Assembly: GCA_027488755.1 (NCBI GenBank)
Contig: JAIYAZ010000003.1
Location: forward strand, 702-64,701
Reading direction: 5' to 3'
DNA from: Verrucomicrobiaceae bacterium
GTDB taxonomy: Bacteria; Verrucomicrobiota; Verrucomicrobiia; Chthoniobacterales; JAATET01
DNA length: 64,000 nt
A program made the translations under genes and the position numbers. Of the stretch, positions 27,696 through 36,500 are shown piece by piece. A model generated the notes under the pieces. That model had not been told where the DNA came from and did no database searches. It saw nothing but the letters and a program-made list of their open reading frames with translations. Within the stretch, counting starts at the first letter, position 1. Each line of letters opens with the position of its first letter.

Positions 27696-30680
27696 TTAAC
27701 CCGCCGCAAAAAGCCTTTCGGCGAAAAGGCGCGCCACGGGATTCCCCAGCCGCCCCGCCAGCGTGACCTGGCAGACGATAAAACGTCCGCGCCCGTAGGG
27801 CTTTTCGGCGCAGGCCAGCGCGGGCTCCCAATCTCTTCCCCAGCCTCCCTGCCCGGTGTGCAGGATCGGGCTCCACGTCTCGTCCGCAAAGAACAAGGTG
27901 TGCAGCAACGGGGCCGGGCGATCCAGGGTGGGCTCGAACCAAAAGCGGAAATCGTTGGGCCGAAAATCCGCCACGAGCGGATGCGTCGGCTCGCGGGCCA
28001 CAAAGTGACGCGGCTCCATTCCGGTCGCCTCGAATCGCAGCTTCGATCCCGCGACGGTCAGTTCCCCCTCGGGCATTTCGAGCAGCAGCGCGGTCGCTCC
28101 CTGCTTCACGGCTTGGTGGACGGCCGCGGACTCGCGCGCAAAGTCGCCAGGATCGTCGAACACCAGCACGTCCCGACCGACCGGGCATCCCAACTGCGTC
28201 AGTAACCCGGTCGCCCGCCCCCGCCCGCTCGCGGGCGCGAGGGCCGTCGCGCCCACCCGCTTCGTCAGAGCGGGAAACACCTCAATCTCCACGCAGGTGT
28301 CGTGCTCCACCCGGCCTTTGGCCGTCACCAGGCTCAGCCGCAGCCGGGCCTGCTTGCGCGTCTCGACCACGGGGAGCGGAACGTGCAGTTGCATCTGGAA
28401 CACGGCCTCCGTCGCGCGGATGTGCGCCGGCAGTCGCCGCGCGAGCGTCACTTGATCGTCGATCTCAAGCTGGCACCGCAGCTCCCAATTAACCGGCGCG
28501 TCCAGTGTGTCGTTACAAATCCACGCCTCGGCCACCACGGTTTCCCCGCCAAAGTAGGCCACCCGGTCCAGCCGAAGGTTAGCCATCAGGGGCACGAGCG
28601 CATCCCGGTAGGCGAAGTAGGCGGGCTTCGCCCCGCGGCGAAAGTCCATGATGGATTTCATCCACCCCGCCGGGAAGGCGTCGATGAAAAGATGAATCGC
28701 GCTGCTGACCATGCGGTTGTCGCGGCGGAAAGCCTCGGTCATCAACCGCGCAATCCACACCTGGTGCGCCTGGCTGTGCGCCACCCAATCCCGCATGCGG
28801 TGCTGGCGTTCCATCCAGAGGTGATACATCCCCCCGGTCTGGGCCTTGTGGATGGCCGCAGGCGTCCAGGCGGCCTCGTCGGCCGGCGAGCGGGGCAGCC
28901 ATGCCGCGGGGTAGGCGGAGCGCATCAACTCCTCGTCATCCAGGCCCTCGGCGCCATACTCCCCGCAGGCGTAGAGCCACCCTGGCTTGACCGCGATCCA
29001 ATAACCCTTGTGCAGCTTGCCGAGGTCCAGGCCGTGGCCGTTATACCAACCCGCGTAGCAATGATTGTCGGGCAGGCCGGGACCCGGCGGATCATAATCG
29101 CCGTCGATCGGCTTGATGCACCGGTCCGGATTCTCCAACCGCACCGCGCGCGCGGCGACCTCGAAGAAAATCTCCAGCTCAGCCCGGTTCAAATGCCGGT
29201 GCGACTTATCGCCCCAACTCGCCGGGAACGGCTCGTTGATAAAGCTGTCGAGCACGTTGCAGGCATGCCCGCGCACGAGGCGCTCCATTTCCGCGGCCTG
29301 GCGAACCGCTTCGCAAAATTGATTCCGCCGCAGGTAGCCGAACAATGGCAGATCCGTCTGCGTCATCATCCCCAGTCGGTCACACAAATCGTAAATTTCG
29401 GGCTCGACCGGTCGCTGCGTCAGCCGCAGAAAGTTCATGTTCGCGATCTTCGCCAGCAGGATGTCGTCCCGCAGCTGGGCCAGATCGCCCTTGATAACAC
29501 ACTGCTGCTCGTGGCCCATCGTGTTGGCGCCCCGCAGGCGCACCGGCTGCCCGTTCAGATACAGCCGTCCCCGGGGCTCGGTTTCCTCGTCGATGCGGAA
29601 CGAACGCATGCCGAATTGCCGCGACTGGGCATCGAACCCGCCGGCAGCATGCACCCGCACCTGCGCGCGATACAGCCACGGCGTGGCGGGCGACCAGAGC
29701 CGGGGCGAGGCGATCGCGAAGCGGCGGCGGTAAAAACTCACCCCGGGGCCCGCCGGCGGCAGCTCGGGAAACGCCGCTCCGCGCACGACGTGCGCGCGAA
29801 AATTTTGCCCGAACACGTCGCACTCGATTTTCACCGGGCACGGTTCCGCCGACGCGTTGAACACCTCCACCCACAGCTCCGCCGCCTGTTCGTCGGGCAA
29901 TGGGCGCACAAAAACATCCCGGACATGCACCCGGGGCCGCGCCTCAATGACCACCGGCCGATGGATCCCCATTCCGGGCGGACAATGATGCCATCCCACC
30001 CCGGGTTCATCCCACCCCACCCCCGTGGCGGCGTAGATTTTATCGCCGTCAACGGGCTGCCCCCAGCTGTGGTTGCCGTGGCAGACCGCATCGTTCTCCA
30101 CGCGCACCAACAGGCGGTTTCGGCCCCGTCGCACCCGGGCGGTGATGTCGAATTCAAACGGCGAAAAAAAGCCCTCGTGACTCCCAACCGGAACCCCGTT
30201 CACGAGCACATGCGCCCGATAATCCACCCCCCCGAAACAAACAAAAATCGCCCCCCGGGCCAGCATGGCCGCGGTCACCCCAAACTCGATCTCGTAGCTC
30301 GCCGCCGCTCGGCCGATCGGACCGCCGTAATGCGGTAGATCCACCGCCCGCCACCGCCGCGCCCCATCCAGCCGCCAGCGTGCCCGCCGGCAGGTTCGCG
30401 CGATCCGCGTCCCGGGCAGGGCGGGAGAATGGTCCGCAAGAAATTTTTCACTGCGTTGCCGCTCCCTCGCCAGCAGAGTCTCGACTGATTCCGCCCGCCG
30501 CGCGGGTGGGCGCACCACCGCGGCAGGATCCAGTTCCGAAACCGCCAGCACGATGTCGGGCAGCGGAGGCGGCCGCTGCTCCACGAGACCATCGCCCGCC
30601 CGGCGCTCCCCGTGCATCGCGATCTGCGCAAAAACATCGGTTTTGGAACGCGCTGGCGTTGATTTGTCCGTTCGACCCAT
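27696..30680 (-). CDS. Glycoside hydrolase family 2 (cytoplasmic), canonical catalytic motifs
   Basis: 994 aa. GH2 sugar-binding region GGVDYRAHVLVNGVPVGSHEGFFSPFEFDIT. LNGQPVRLRGANTMGHEQ. Acid/base motif FINEPF and nucleophile-type CGEYGAEG. No signal peptide. Confidence 0.8.
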   Translation of the reverse strand: MGRTDKSTPARSKTDVFAQIAMHGERRAGDGLVEQRPPPLPDIVLAVSELDPAAVVRPPARRAESVETLLARERQRSEKFLADHSPALPGTRIARTCRRARWRLDGARRWRAVDLPHYGGPIGRAAASYEIEFGVTAAMLARGAIFVCFGGVDYRAHVLVNGVPVGSHEGFFSPFEFDITARVRRGRNRLLVRVENDAVCHGNHSWGQPVDGDKIYAATGVGWDEPGVGWHHCPPGMGIHRPVVIEARPRVHVRDVFVRPLPDEQAAELWVEVFNASAEPCPVKIECDVFGQNFRAHVVRGAAFPELPPAGPGVSFYRRRFAIASPRLWSPATPWLYRAQVRVHAAGGFDAQSRQFGMRSFRIDEETEPRGRLYLNGQPVRLRGANTMGHEQQCVIKGDLAQLRDDILLAKIANMNFLRLTQRPVEPEIYDLCDRLGMMTQTDLPLFGYLRRNQFCEAVRQAAEMERLVRGHACNVLDSFINEPFPASWGDKSHRHLNRAELEIFFEVAARAVRLENPDRCIKPIDGDYDPPGPGLPDNHCYAGWYNGHGLDLGKLHKGYWIAVKPGWLYACGEYGAEGLDDEELMRSAYPAAWLPRSPADEAAWTPAAIHKAQTGGMYHLWMERQHRMRDWVAHSQAHQVWIARLMTEAFRRDNRMVSSAIHLFIDAFPAGWMKSIMDFRRGAKPAYFAYRDALVPLMANLRLDRVAYFGGETVVAEAWICNDTLDAPVNWELRCQLEIDDQVTLARRLPAHIRATEAVFQMQLHVPLPVVETRKQARLRLSLVTAKGRVEHDTCVEIEVFPALTKRVGATALAPASGRGRATGLLTQLGCPVGRDVLVFDDPGDFARESAAVHQAVKQGATALLLEMPEGELTVAGSKLRFEATGMEPRHFVAREPTHPLVADFRPNDFRFWFEPTLDRPAPLLHTLFFADETWSPILHTGQGGWGRDWEPALACAEKPYGRGRFIVCQVTLAGRLGNPVARLFAERLFAAG

Positions 30681-30725
30681 CGTTCAATGACACGATTACT
30701 CAGATGATCCACAATCCCCCTGCTC

Positions 30726-30739
30726 ACGAACGGGTTTAC
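30726..30739. promoter_or_regulatory. Operator candidate (weaker left arm)
   Basis: acgaacgggtttac in the GH2/MFS divergent region. Confidence 0.35.
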
Positions 30740-30789
30740 CACCTCGCCTCCACCGCCGTTTCCCATTGGATGGACGGGCGCGAGGCGAG

Positions 30790-30803
30790 GTAAACGGGTT
30801 TAG
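30790..30803. promoter_or_regulatory. LacI/GalR-type operator candidate
   Basis: gtaaacgggtttag in the GH2/MFS divergent region. Confidence 0.5.
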
Positions 30804-30971
30804 GCAAAGCGCCCTTTCCTTTTGTGGGAGCCCGTCGGATTTATGGTATTCCGTCACCGTAAGTGTTTCGCCCCGCAACCCTGGTCCGCCCACCCACTCC
30901 GCGCCGCCCGCCCGCCGCGGCCGCCCCCCTCGCGCGGCCCGGAAGTCGGGGCATCGCTTCGTCCGCCCTGC

Positions 30972-32342
30972 ATGCACATCATCGAAACCCAGCATAAGTC
31001 GATCCCCTGGCGCTGGGTCATTCTTCTTCAATTTGTCTGCTCGGCCCGACTGCTCGCGCTGTTCGCCTCGGGCAGCATGACGTTTACGATGCGGAAATTC
31101 ATCGACTCGCCGATCATCATCAACTCGGTCTCGAGCCTCGATGTGCTTTTTAATCTGCTGATTGCCGCGCCGTGCCTGTATTACAGCGACCGGATCTGGA
31201 CCCGGCACGGACGCCGCCTTCCGTTTGTCCTGATCTCCTTCTTTGTGCTGGGGGTGGTCATCCTTCTGCTCCCGCTGGCAGAGAGCGCGGTGCCCATGGC
31301 CGTGCTCGTCGTGCTCTGGCTGATTTTCTGGGACGTCGGCTCGACGTTTGACGTCCTCATCATGGAAATCATTCCCCCGGAGCAACGGGGCCGGGCCTCG
31401 GCCATCGGCGCCTGGTTTTTCCAGATCATCATCCTGCTGTCCGCCATCGTCATCAGCGGGCGCTTCGACGACGTCGTGCATTCCGTGGGGATCACGCTGC
31501 GCGGGGAGGCCCTCGTCTACTGGTGGGGCGCGGGCTGCCTCGCATTTTGCGTGATTTTTTTATTCCTCTTCGTGCGGGAGGTCAAACCCCTCGGACCTCC
31601 GCCGGTGGACCACGGCCGCGGCCTCAAGGGGGCGCTCACCACAATCTTCGCCGAAAAGACGCTCTGGCCGGTTTACCTGCTGGTGTTTTCAACGGTGCTC
31701 ATGCAAACCGGCCTCGGCGCCATCGACCCGCTGCTCATGACCGAGCAATGGGGCTATTCCAAGCAGGACATGGGGACGAATATCTTCGTGGGGGGCCTGC
31801 TCAACCTCGTTCTCGTGATTCCTTTGATCGGTCTTCTGGCGGACAAGATCGATCGCTTGAAGCTGTTTTCGATTGGCGTGGCGGGCGCTTTATTCGGCCA
31901 GATCGCCTACTATGGTTATGTCCAGTTCATCCTCCCGGATCAGCGACCCTCCATCGGGCAGATGATTCTTTTCGGGCAATTCATGTCCCTCTTCGGGCAG
32001 TTCGCCGGCATCGCCCTGCAGCCCCTGATTTTCGAATACATCCCGCGGGACAAGATGGGAACCGCCCAGGCGGGGCTTAACTTTGTGCGCAGCATCACCC
32101 GGCTCGTCACCCTCAACGGCATCGGCATCTGGGTTGCCTTGTATTCGAAATGGTTCCTGCCCGAGGGCAAATTCGACTACTTCAGCGGCTACCTCTTTAT
32201 GATCCTGATGAACGTCCTCGGATGCGCGTTCCTGGTCTATTTCGGCCTGCAGGTCAAACGCGGGAAAATTCTTCCGCTGGGACGCACGGAATTCCACCCC
32301 GTCGAGGAATCGACGGCAACCGCGCCCCCACCGGCCCGCTGA
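30972..32342 (+). CDS. MFS/GPH-type sugar transporter
   Basis: Inside ORF 30822..32342. From Met at 30972 (MHIIETQHKSIPWRWVILLQF...) it is about 456 aa, highly hydrophobic with about 12 predicted TM stretches. Start choice is uncertain. Confidence 0.7.
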   Translation: MHIIETQHKSIPWRWVILLQFVCSARLLALFASGSMTFTMRKFIDSPIIINSVSSLDVLFNLLIAAPCLYYSDRIWTRHGRRLPFVLISFFVLGVVILLLPLAESAVPMAVLVVLWLIFWDVGSTFDVLIMEIIPPEQRGRASAIGAWFFQIIILLSAIVISGRFDDVVHSVGITLRGEALVYWWGAGCLAFCVIFLFLFVREVKPLGPPPVDHGRGLKGALTTIFAEKTLWPVYLLVFSTVLMQTGLGAIDPLLMTEQWGYSKQDMGTNIFVGGLLNLVLVIPLIGLLADKIDRLKLFSIGVAGALFGQIAYYGYVQFILPDQRPSIGQMILFGQFMSLFGQFAGIALQPLIFEYIPRDKMGTAQAGLNFVRSITRLVTLNGIGIWVALYSKWFLPEGKFDYFSGYLFMILMNVLGCAFLVYFGLQVKRGKILPLGRTEFHPVEESTATAPPPAR

Positions 32343-32346
32343 CGCC

Positions 32347-33396
32347 ATGAAACGACTGCTCACGCTCGCCAGCCTGCCCGCCATTGGGCTGGTCCTCCTG
32401 CTGCTGGCTTTTTTCTGGAGCCAGCGTGATCTGCGGCTGCGTTTCCTCGGCCAGCCCACCGAGGGAAGGATCGTCGGCATGGTCCTGCAACGGGAGGATG
32501 GGCCCGACGATCTGTTGACCGGCCTGGACAGCGATCTCGTGCTGGTGCGGGCGGACGGCGACCGCATCCAGGCCCGCTATCGAGATTACTCGCTGGAATC
32601 GGTTTCGTGGATCCCCCGGTCCGGCACCGCTCCGCGCCCGCTGTCCCCCGCGGAAGCGCTGAGCGCGGACTCCGTGCTGGGTCCCGAAACCGCGCGGGTG
32701 CTGGCCGATGCCGGCCGCGGCGAAGCGGAGATCCTGCGCTGGGCCCTGCTCCGGGAGAGTCGGCGACCTGGGGACCCCCGCCGCATCGTCCGTTTGGAAA
32801 AGACGGAAACCGCCCGCGGCTATTTCGACCTCGGGATGGTTCCCGAGGTGCTGTCCATGCGGGACGGTCGGGTCACGCTCGACCCGCAAGCCGTCTCCAC
32901 CCCGCCCCCCGGCACCATCACGATTCACACCGTCTTCGACCGCTCGGATCCGGTGGCCGTCCGAAAAAACAAGGGCGATCCGCTCATCCGCTACGAATAC
33001 CTTCGCAACGGCCAGCCCTTTACCCCGGCGAAAAAAAACTTTTTCCTGTTCGCCGAGCCCTACTCCACCCAGTTCCGACCGGTGTTTGGCTTTGACGTGG
33101 CGGGCCGCTCGATGGCCCGTATCTCCCAGATCGGGCGCCACGGCGGCCCCACCCTCGCCCTGCGGCTTTTCGAGGGTGGCATGGTTTATCTTGACCCCGC
33201 CCAGCCGTCGGAGGCCATTCTTACCGCCGTGCCCGGTCCGGTGAACGGCGACCCGCTCGGTTGGTTCAGCCGGTTTTGTGAAGGCCTTTTTGCCCAGTGG
33301 GGAAGCACGGCCCTCATCGTGATCGCCGGGCTGTCGTTTCTGGCCGTGGGGGCCGGCTTCCTCTCCCTCGCCCTCTGGCCGAGAAAACGCCTTTAG
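32347..33396 (+). CDS. Hypothetical membrane protein with N- and C-terminal TM helices (DUF3592-like architecture)
   Basis: 349 aa. MKRLLTLASLPAIGLVLLLLAFFW at the N-terminus and STALIVIAGLSFLAVGAGFLSLALW at the C-terminus. Starts 4 nt after the MFS stop. Confidence 0.55.
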   Translation: MKRLLTLASLPAIGLVLLLLAFFWSQRDLRLRFLGQPTEGRIVGMVLQREDGPDDLLTGLDSDLVLVRADGDRIQARYRDYSLESVSWIPRSGTAPRPLSPAEALSADSVLGPETARVLADAGRGEAEILRWALLRESRRPGDPRRIVRLEKTETARGYFDLGMVPEVLSMRDGRVTLDPQAVSTPPPGTITIHTVFDRSDPVAVRKNKGDPLIRYEYLRNGQPFTPAKKNFFLFAEPYSTQFRPVFGFDVAGRSMARISQIGRHGGPTLALRLFEGGMVYLDPAQPSEAILTAVPGPVNGDPLGWFSRFCEGLFAQWGSTALIVIAGLSFLAVGAGFLSLALWPRKRL

Positions 33397-33429
33397 CGGA
33401 TCTTCGTTTGAGGTCGTCGCAACCGAACA

Positions 33430-33461
33430 GGGGGCACGGGCGACGCGCCCGTGCCCCCTTT
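33430..33461 (+). terminator. Intrinsic-terminator-like hairpin and member of a REP-like repeat family
   Basis: gggggcacgggcg-acg-cgcccgtgccccc (perfect 13-bp stem) followed by tttg. Lies between convergent genes ending at 33396 and 33530. Confidence 0.5.
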
Positions 33462-33529
33462 GCTTCCCCCCGTGCCGGTTTCGTTTGCGACCCATTCCTC
33501 GGTGGATCAATCCCCACCGCGCCCGGGTC

Positions 33530-36500
33530 CTACCAACGGTAATAGCGGGCGGGGTCGTCGCCGAGCGGGTGGTCCTTGCGGAACCCGGGCACATACGGTC
33601 CCTCGGGCTCGGGGGCATCCTTGAGTCGCAACGCCATCTGCCGCGAACTCGCGGCGTTGAAACCGCCGGTGCCGAACTGGTTGTAAAGGCGGACGAGGAC
33701 CACGTTGCGCCCGGCCACCGCGAACCCGGGTCGCACCGGGTAGGACCGGGGCAGCGCCCACCAGGAGGCCGTGTCGGAGCTGGTCGCGCCGATACGGGCG
33801 CCGTTGAGCCAAACCTCCTCGAAATCATCGATCGGTCCGAGTTCCAGCAGCAGCGGCTGGCCGGCCAGGGCGGCGGGGACGTCGATTTCCTTGCGCAGCC
33901 AGACGGCCCAGGTCTTGTTCTTGAGCTGGGCGTCCACCCGATCAAGCTCCCCGGGGAGCGCGACGGGTTTCCAGTCGGTCGCGCGGAAACCCGGCTGCGA
34001 ATAGGTCTTGGCCAGGCCGGAGGGCGGCCCCTGGTCGATGCGCACATCGGTGGGGTTTGGGGCGGGCGGCCAGGTGCCCTCGACGAGGTATTTCCATTCG
34101 CCCGCAAGCGAGACTTCGGCGGTGCTCTGGATGGTCTGGCGGAAGGGGGCCGCATCCTGCGCAAAGATGCCGCCAAGGTTGGCCGCGACCTGGGCCAGCG
34201 CCCGGGTCCAGCGCCAGCTCGAATAGCGGTAGTAGGTTTTTTCCTCCGCCGCGAGGGCGGCAGGATCGAGCTGCCAGAGGATCGCCGAGCCCGTGCCCCG
34301 CGTCACCCGGGCCACTCCGCCCTCCAGCGCCACCTCGATGCCGCGGACCTTGTCCGGGGCGGTGATGAGCGGCAGCGTCGCGTCGGTCTTCACCCTCACG
34401 TCGCTCAACGAGAGGCCGCGCAGTTCCGGCCAGTCGGGCAGGCTTTTTTGCCGGCCGTAGATGCCGGCGCTGGCGACGAGCCCGAAGGGCAGCTTGCCGG
34501 CGGGACGCGGCAGCACCAGGACATGGCCGCCGCGGTCGAGAAAGGCCCCCAGCGCGGAGTCGGCGACGCGGGCATCCGGCCCGAGCACCGCGAGGGTTCC
34601 CGGGGCGGGCAGCGCCGTCCCGCTCACGCACAGCAGCCCCAAGGCCTGGGCGAGCGGCGCGCCCGCCGCGCCGATCAGCACCGGGCGGGGGGTTGCCGCC
34701 GCGGGGCGCGCGCTCCGGGCGTAGTCGAAGATGCGGCGCGCGACGAGGCGGGCGGCGGGATCGTCGCGCCCCTCGAGATCGAGGCCGTTCCAGAGAATGC
34801 GGCCCCGACCGTGCGGGCGCTCCATCAACGGGGTGTAGGCGAGGTCAAACTCGCCCTCGAGCAGCGGCGTCCACGCCGTGCGATGCGGCTTCTCGATCAT
34901 CATCGAAGCCACGCTGCCGCGGTTGCCCCAGCGCCAGCCGTATTCGGGGAAACGCTTTTCGGTCTTCACGAGTTCCGTGTTTTTTTCCGGGGCGACGAGG
35001 GTGCCCGCCCCGGACCAGTCGCGGAAATCCTCGCCGTCGAGTCCCGCCAGAATCGGGTGGGCGGTCTGCGTGGGCACGGGCCAGAGGCGGCGGGCGACGT
35101 AGCGGTTCGTCCGGAAAGGGGTGTTCTCGCGCAGCCAGTCGGGATCCTGACCCGCGATGACCACGGTGCCGCCGGCGGCGGCGAAGGCGGCGAGATCTCC
35201 GGGCGGGGTGCCCTTGGCGAGGGCGCGCCGGCCGACGACGAGCGCGGCGGCGCCGGGTTTCCCGTCCCACGGCCGCGTGGCGTAGCCGAGGCTGGCGAGC
35301 AATTTGGTGGTGTCCCCCTCGGGATCCCACACGAGCAGGCCGGCTCCGGGCGCGGGTGGAGCGGGTTTCGGATAAACGCGGAAGGTAAACTCGTCGCGGT
35401 GCGTTTCGGAGCCGATTTTTGCGTCGAGTTCAATCCGCCCCTCGGCGCGCTGGTCCCCCGCCGGCGTGGCAATGTCGAAGGGGAGAAAGGTGGGCACTCC
35501 CACGGGGAGCTCGCCGGAAAAATCCTTCGTCATCACCAGCTGGCCGGCGAGGCTGACCTTCACCGTGGCGGTGTAGGGCTGGGGGGCGCGGGTGTCGTTG
35601 AGCAGGCCGATTTGTTTGGTGAGGGTCGCGCCGGCTTCGACGTGGTGCGTGTGGTTGGTAAAGCCGTGGCCCGGTTCGGCGGAATCCGCCTCGAACCCGA
35701 CGATGGCGGCGACCGTGGGGGAGTTGGCGGCGATGAGCGCCTCGCCGGAGGGACGCGCGGTGTAGGCCTCCGGGGCGAAGGGCACGCTGCGGTTGAGCAC
35801 CTGCGGCACCCACGGCCCGCGCTGCCCCGGCTGCCAGGCGGGCAGGGAGTAGGCGTTGTCCGCCCCGGGCGCGCGCTCCCAGCCATGCGCGTCGGACCAG
35901 GCCCACATCCCGCCGCTGATGCCCCACAGCCGCCACGGGACCCAGGTCTCGCGAATCCAAAACGGCGCGAACTTCTGGAACCCCTCAGTGCCGCCGATGG
36001 AGACTCCCTTGTAATCCTGCCCGCTCACGAACCACCCGGGGATCGCCGCGCGGTAGGCGGCGTCCTCCCCGGTGTAGGCCTCCAGCCCGAAATAGGCGGC
36101 GGAGTGCTCGGTGACGAGCGGTTCGGTGGTGGATTCGCTGATGTGGCTGTTGCGACCGCGGTTGAGCGTGCCGGGAAACGGCGGATCGAACTCGACGGCG
36201 GAAAACGGCACGTCGCCCGACTTCGCCCACGCGCTCAACCAATCCTGCCGCTCCTGGAGCGGGTGCATGTTGAGGTAGTTGTTCGAGGTGTGGTAGTCGC
36301 CGATGGCCGAGTGGTGCGAGGTGACCGGCCGGGTGGGATCGAGTTCCTTGATGGCGGCGAGGAGTTTTCGCGGGGCCGCGAGGTCCCGGTCATTCGCCGG
36401 GTTAAGGGGCAGGTTTTTGGTCTGCCCGATGCGATGGGGATTCTGGTCGTCGCCGTGCGAAAAGCGGTTGCCCTGGAAGGTGAGCACGAGGACGGAGGGA

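Noticed and set aside
28302-30338. 678-aa plus-strand ORF (and likewise 40013..41620, 535 aa)
   Set aside because: Antisense to the GH2 gene and the PEP-CTERM gene respectively. R/P/H-rich or G/A/D-rich low complexity.
32254-34176. 640-aa minus-strand ORF spanning two genes and an intergenic hairpin
   Set aside because: It crosses the MFS 3' end, the 349-aa membrane protein gene (antisense), the terminator hairpin and the 3' end of the GH2-like gene out of frame. P/R/G-rich composition.
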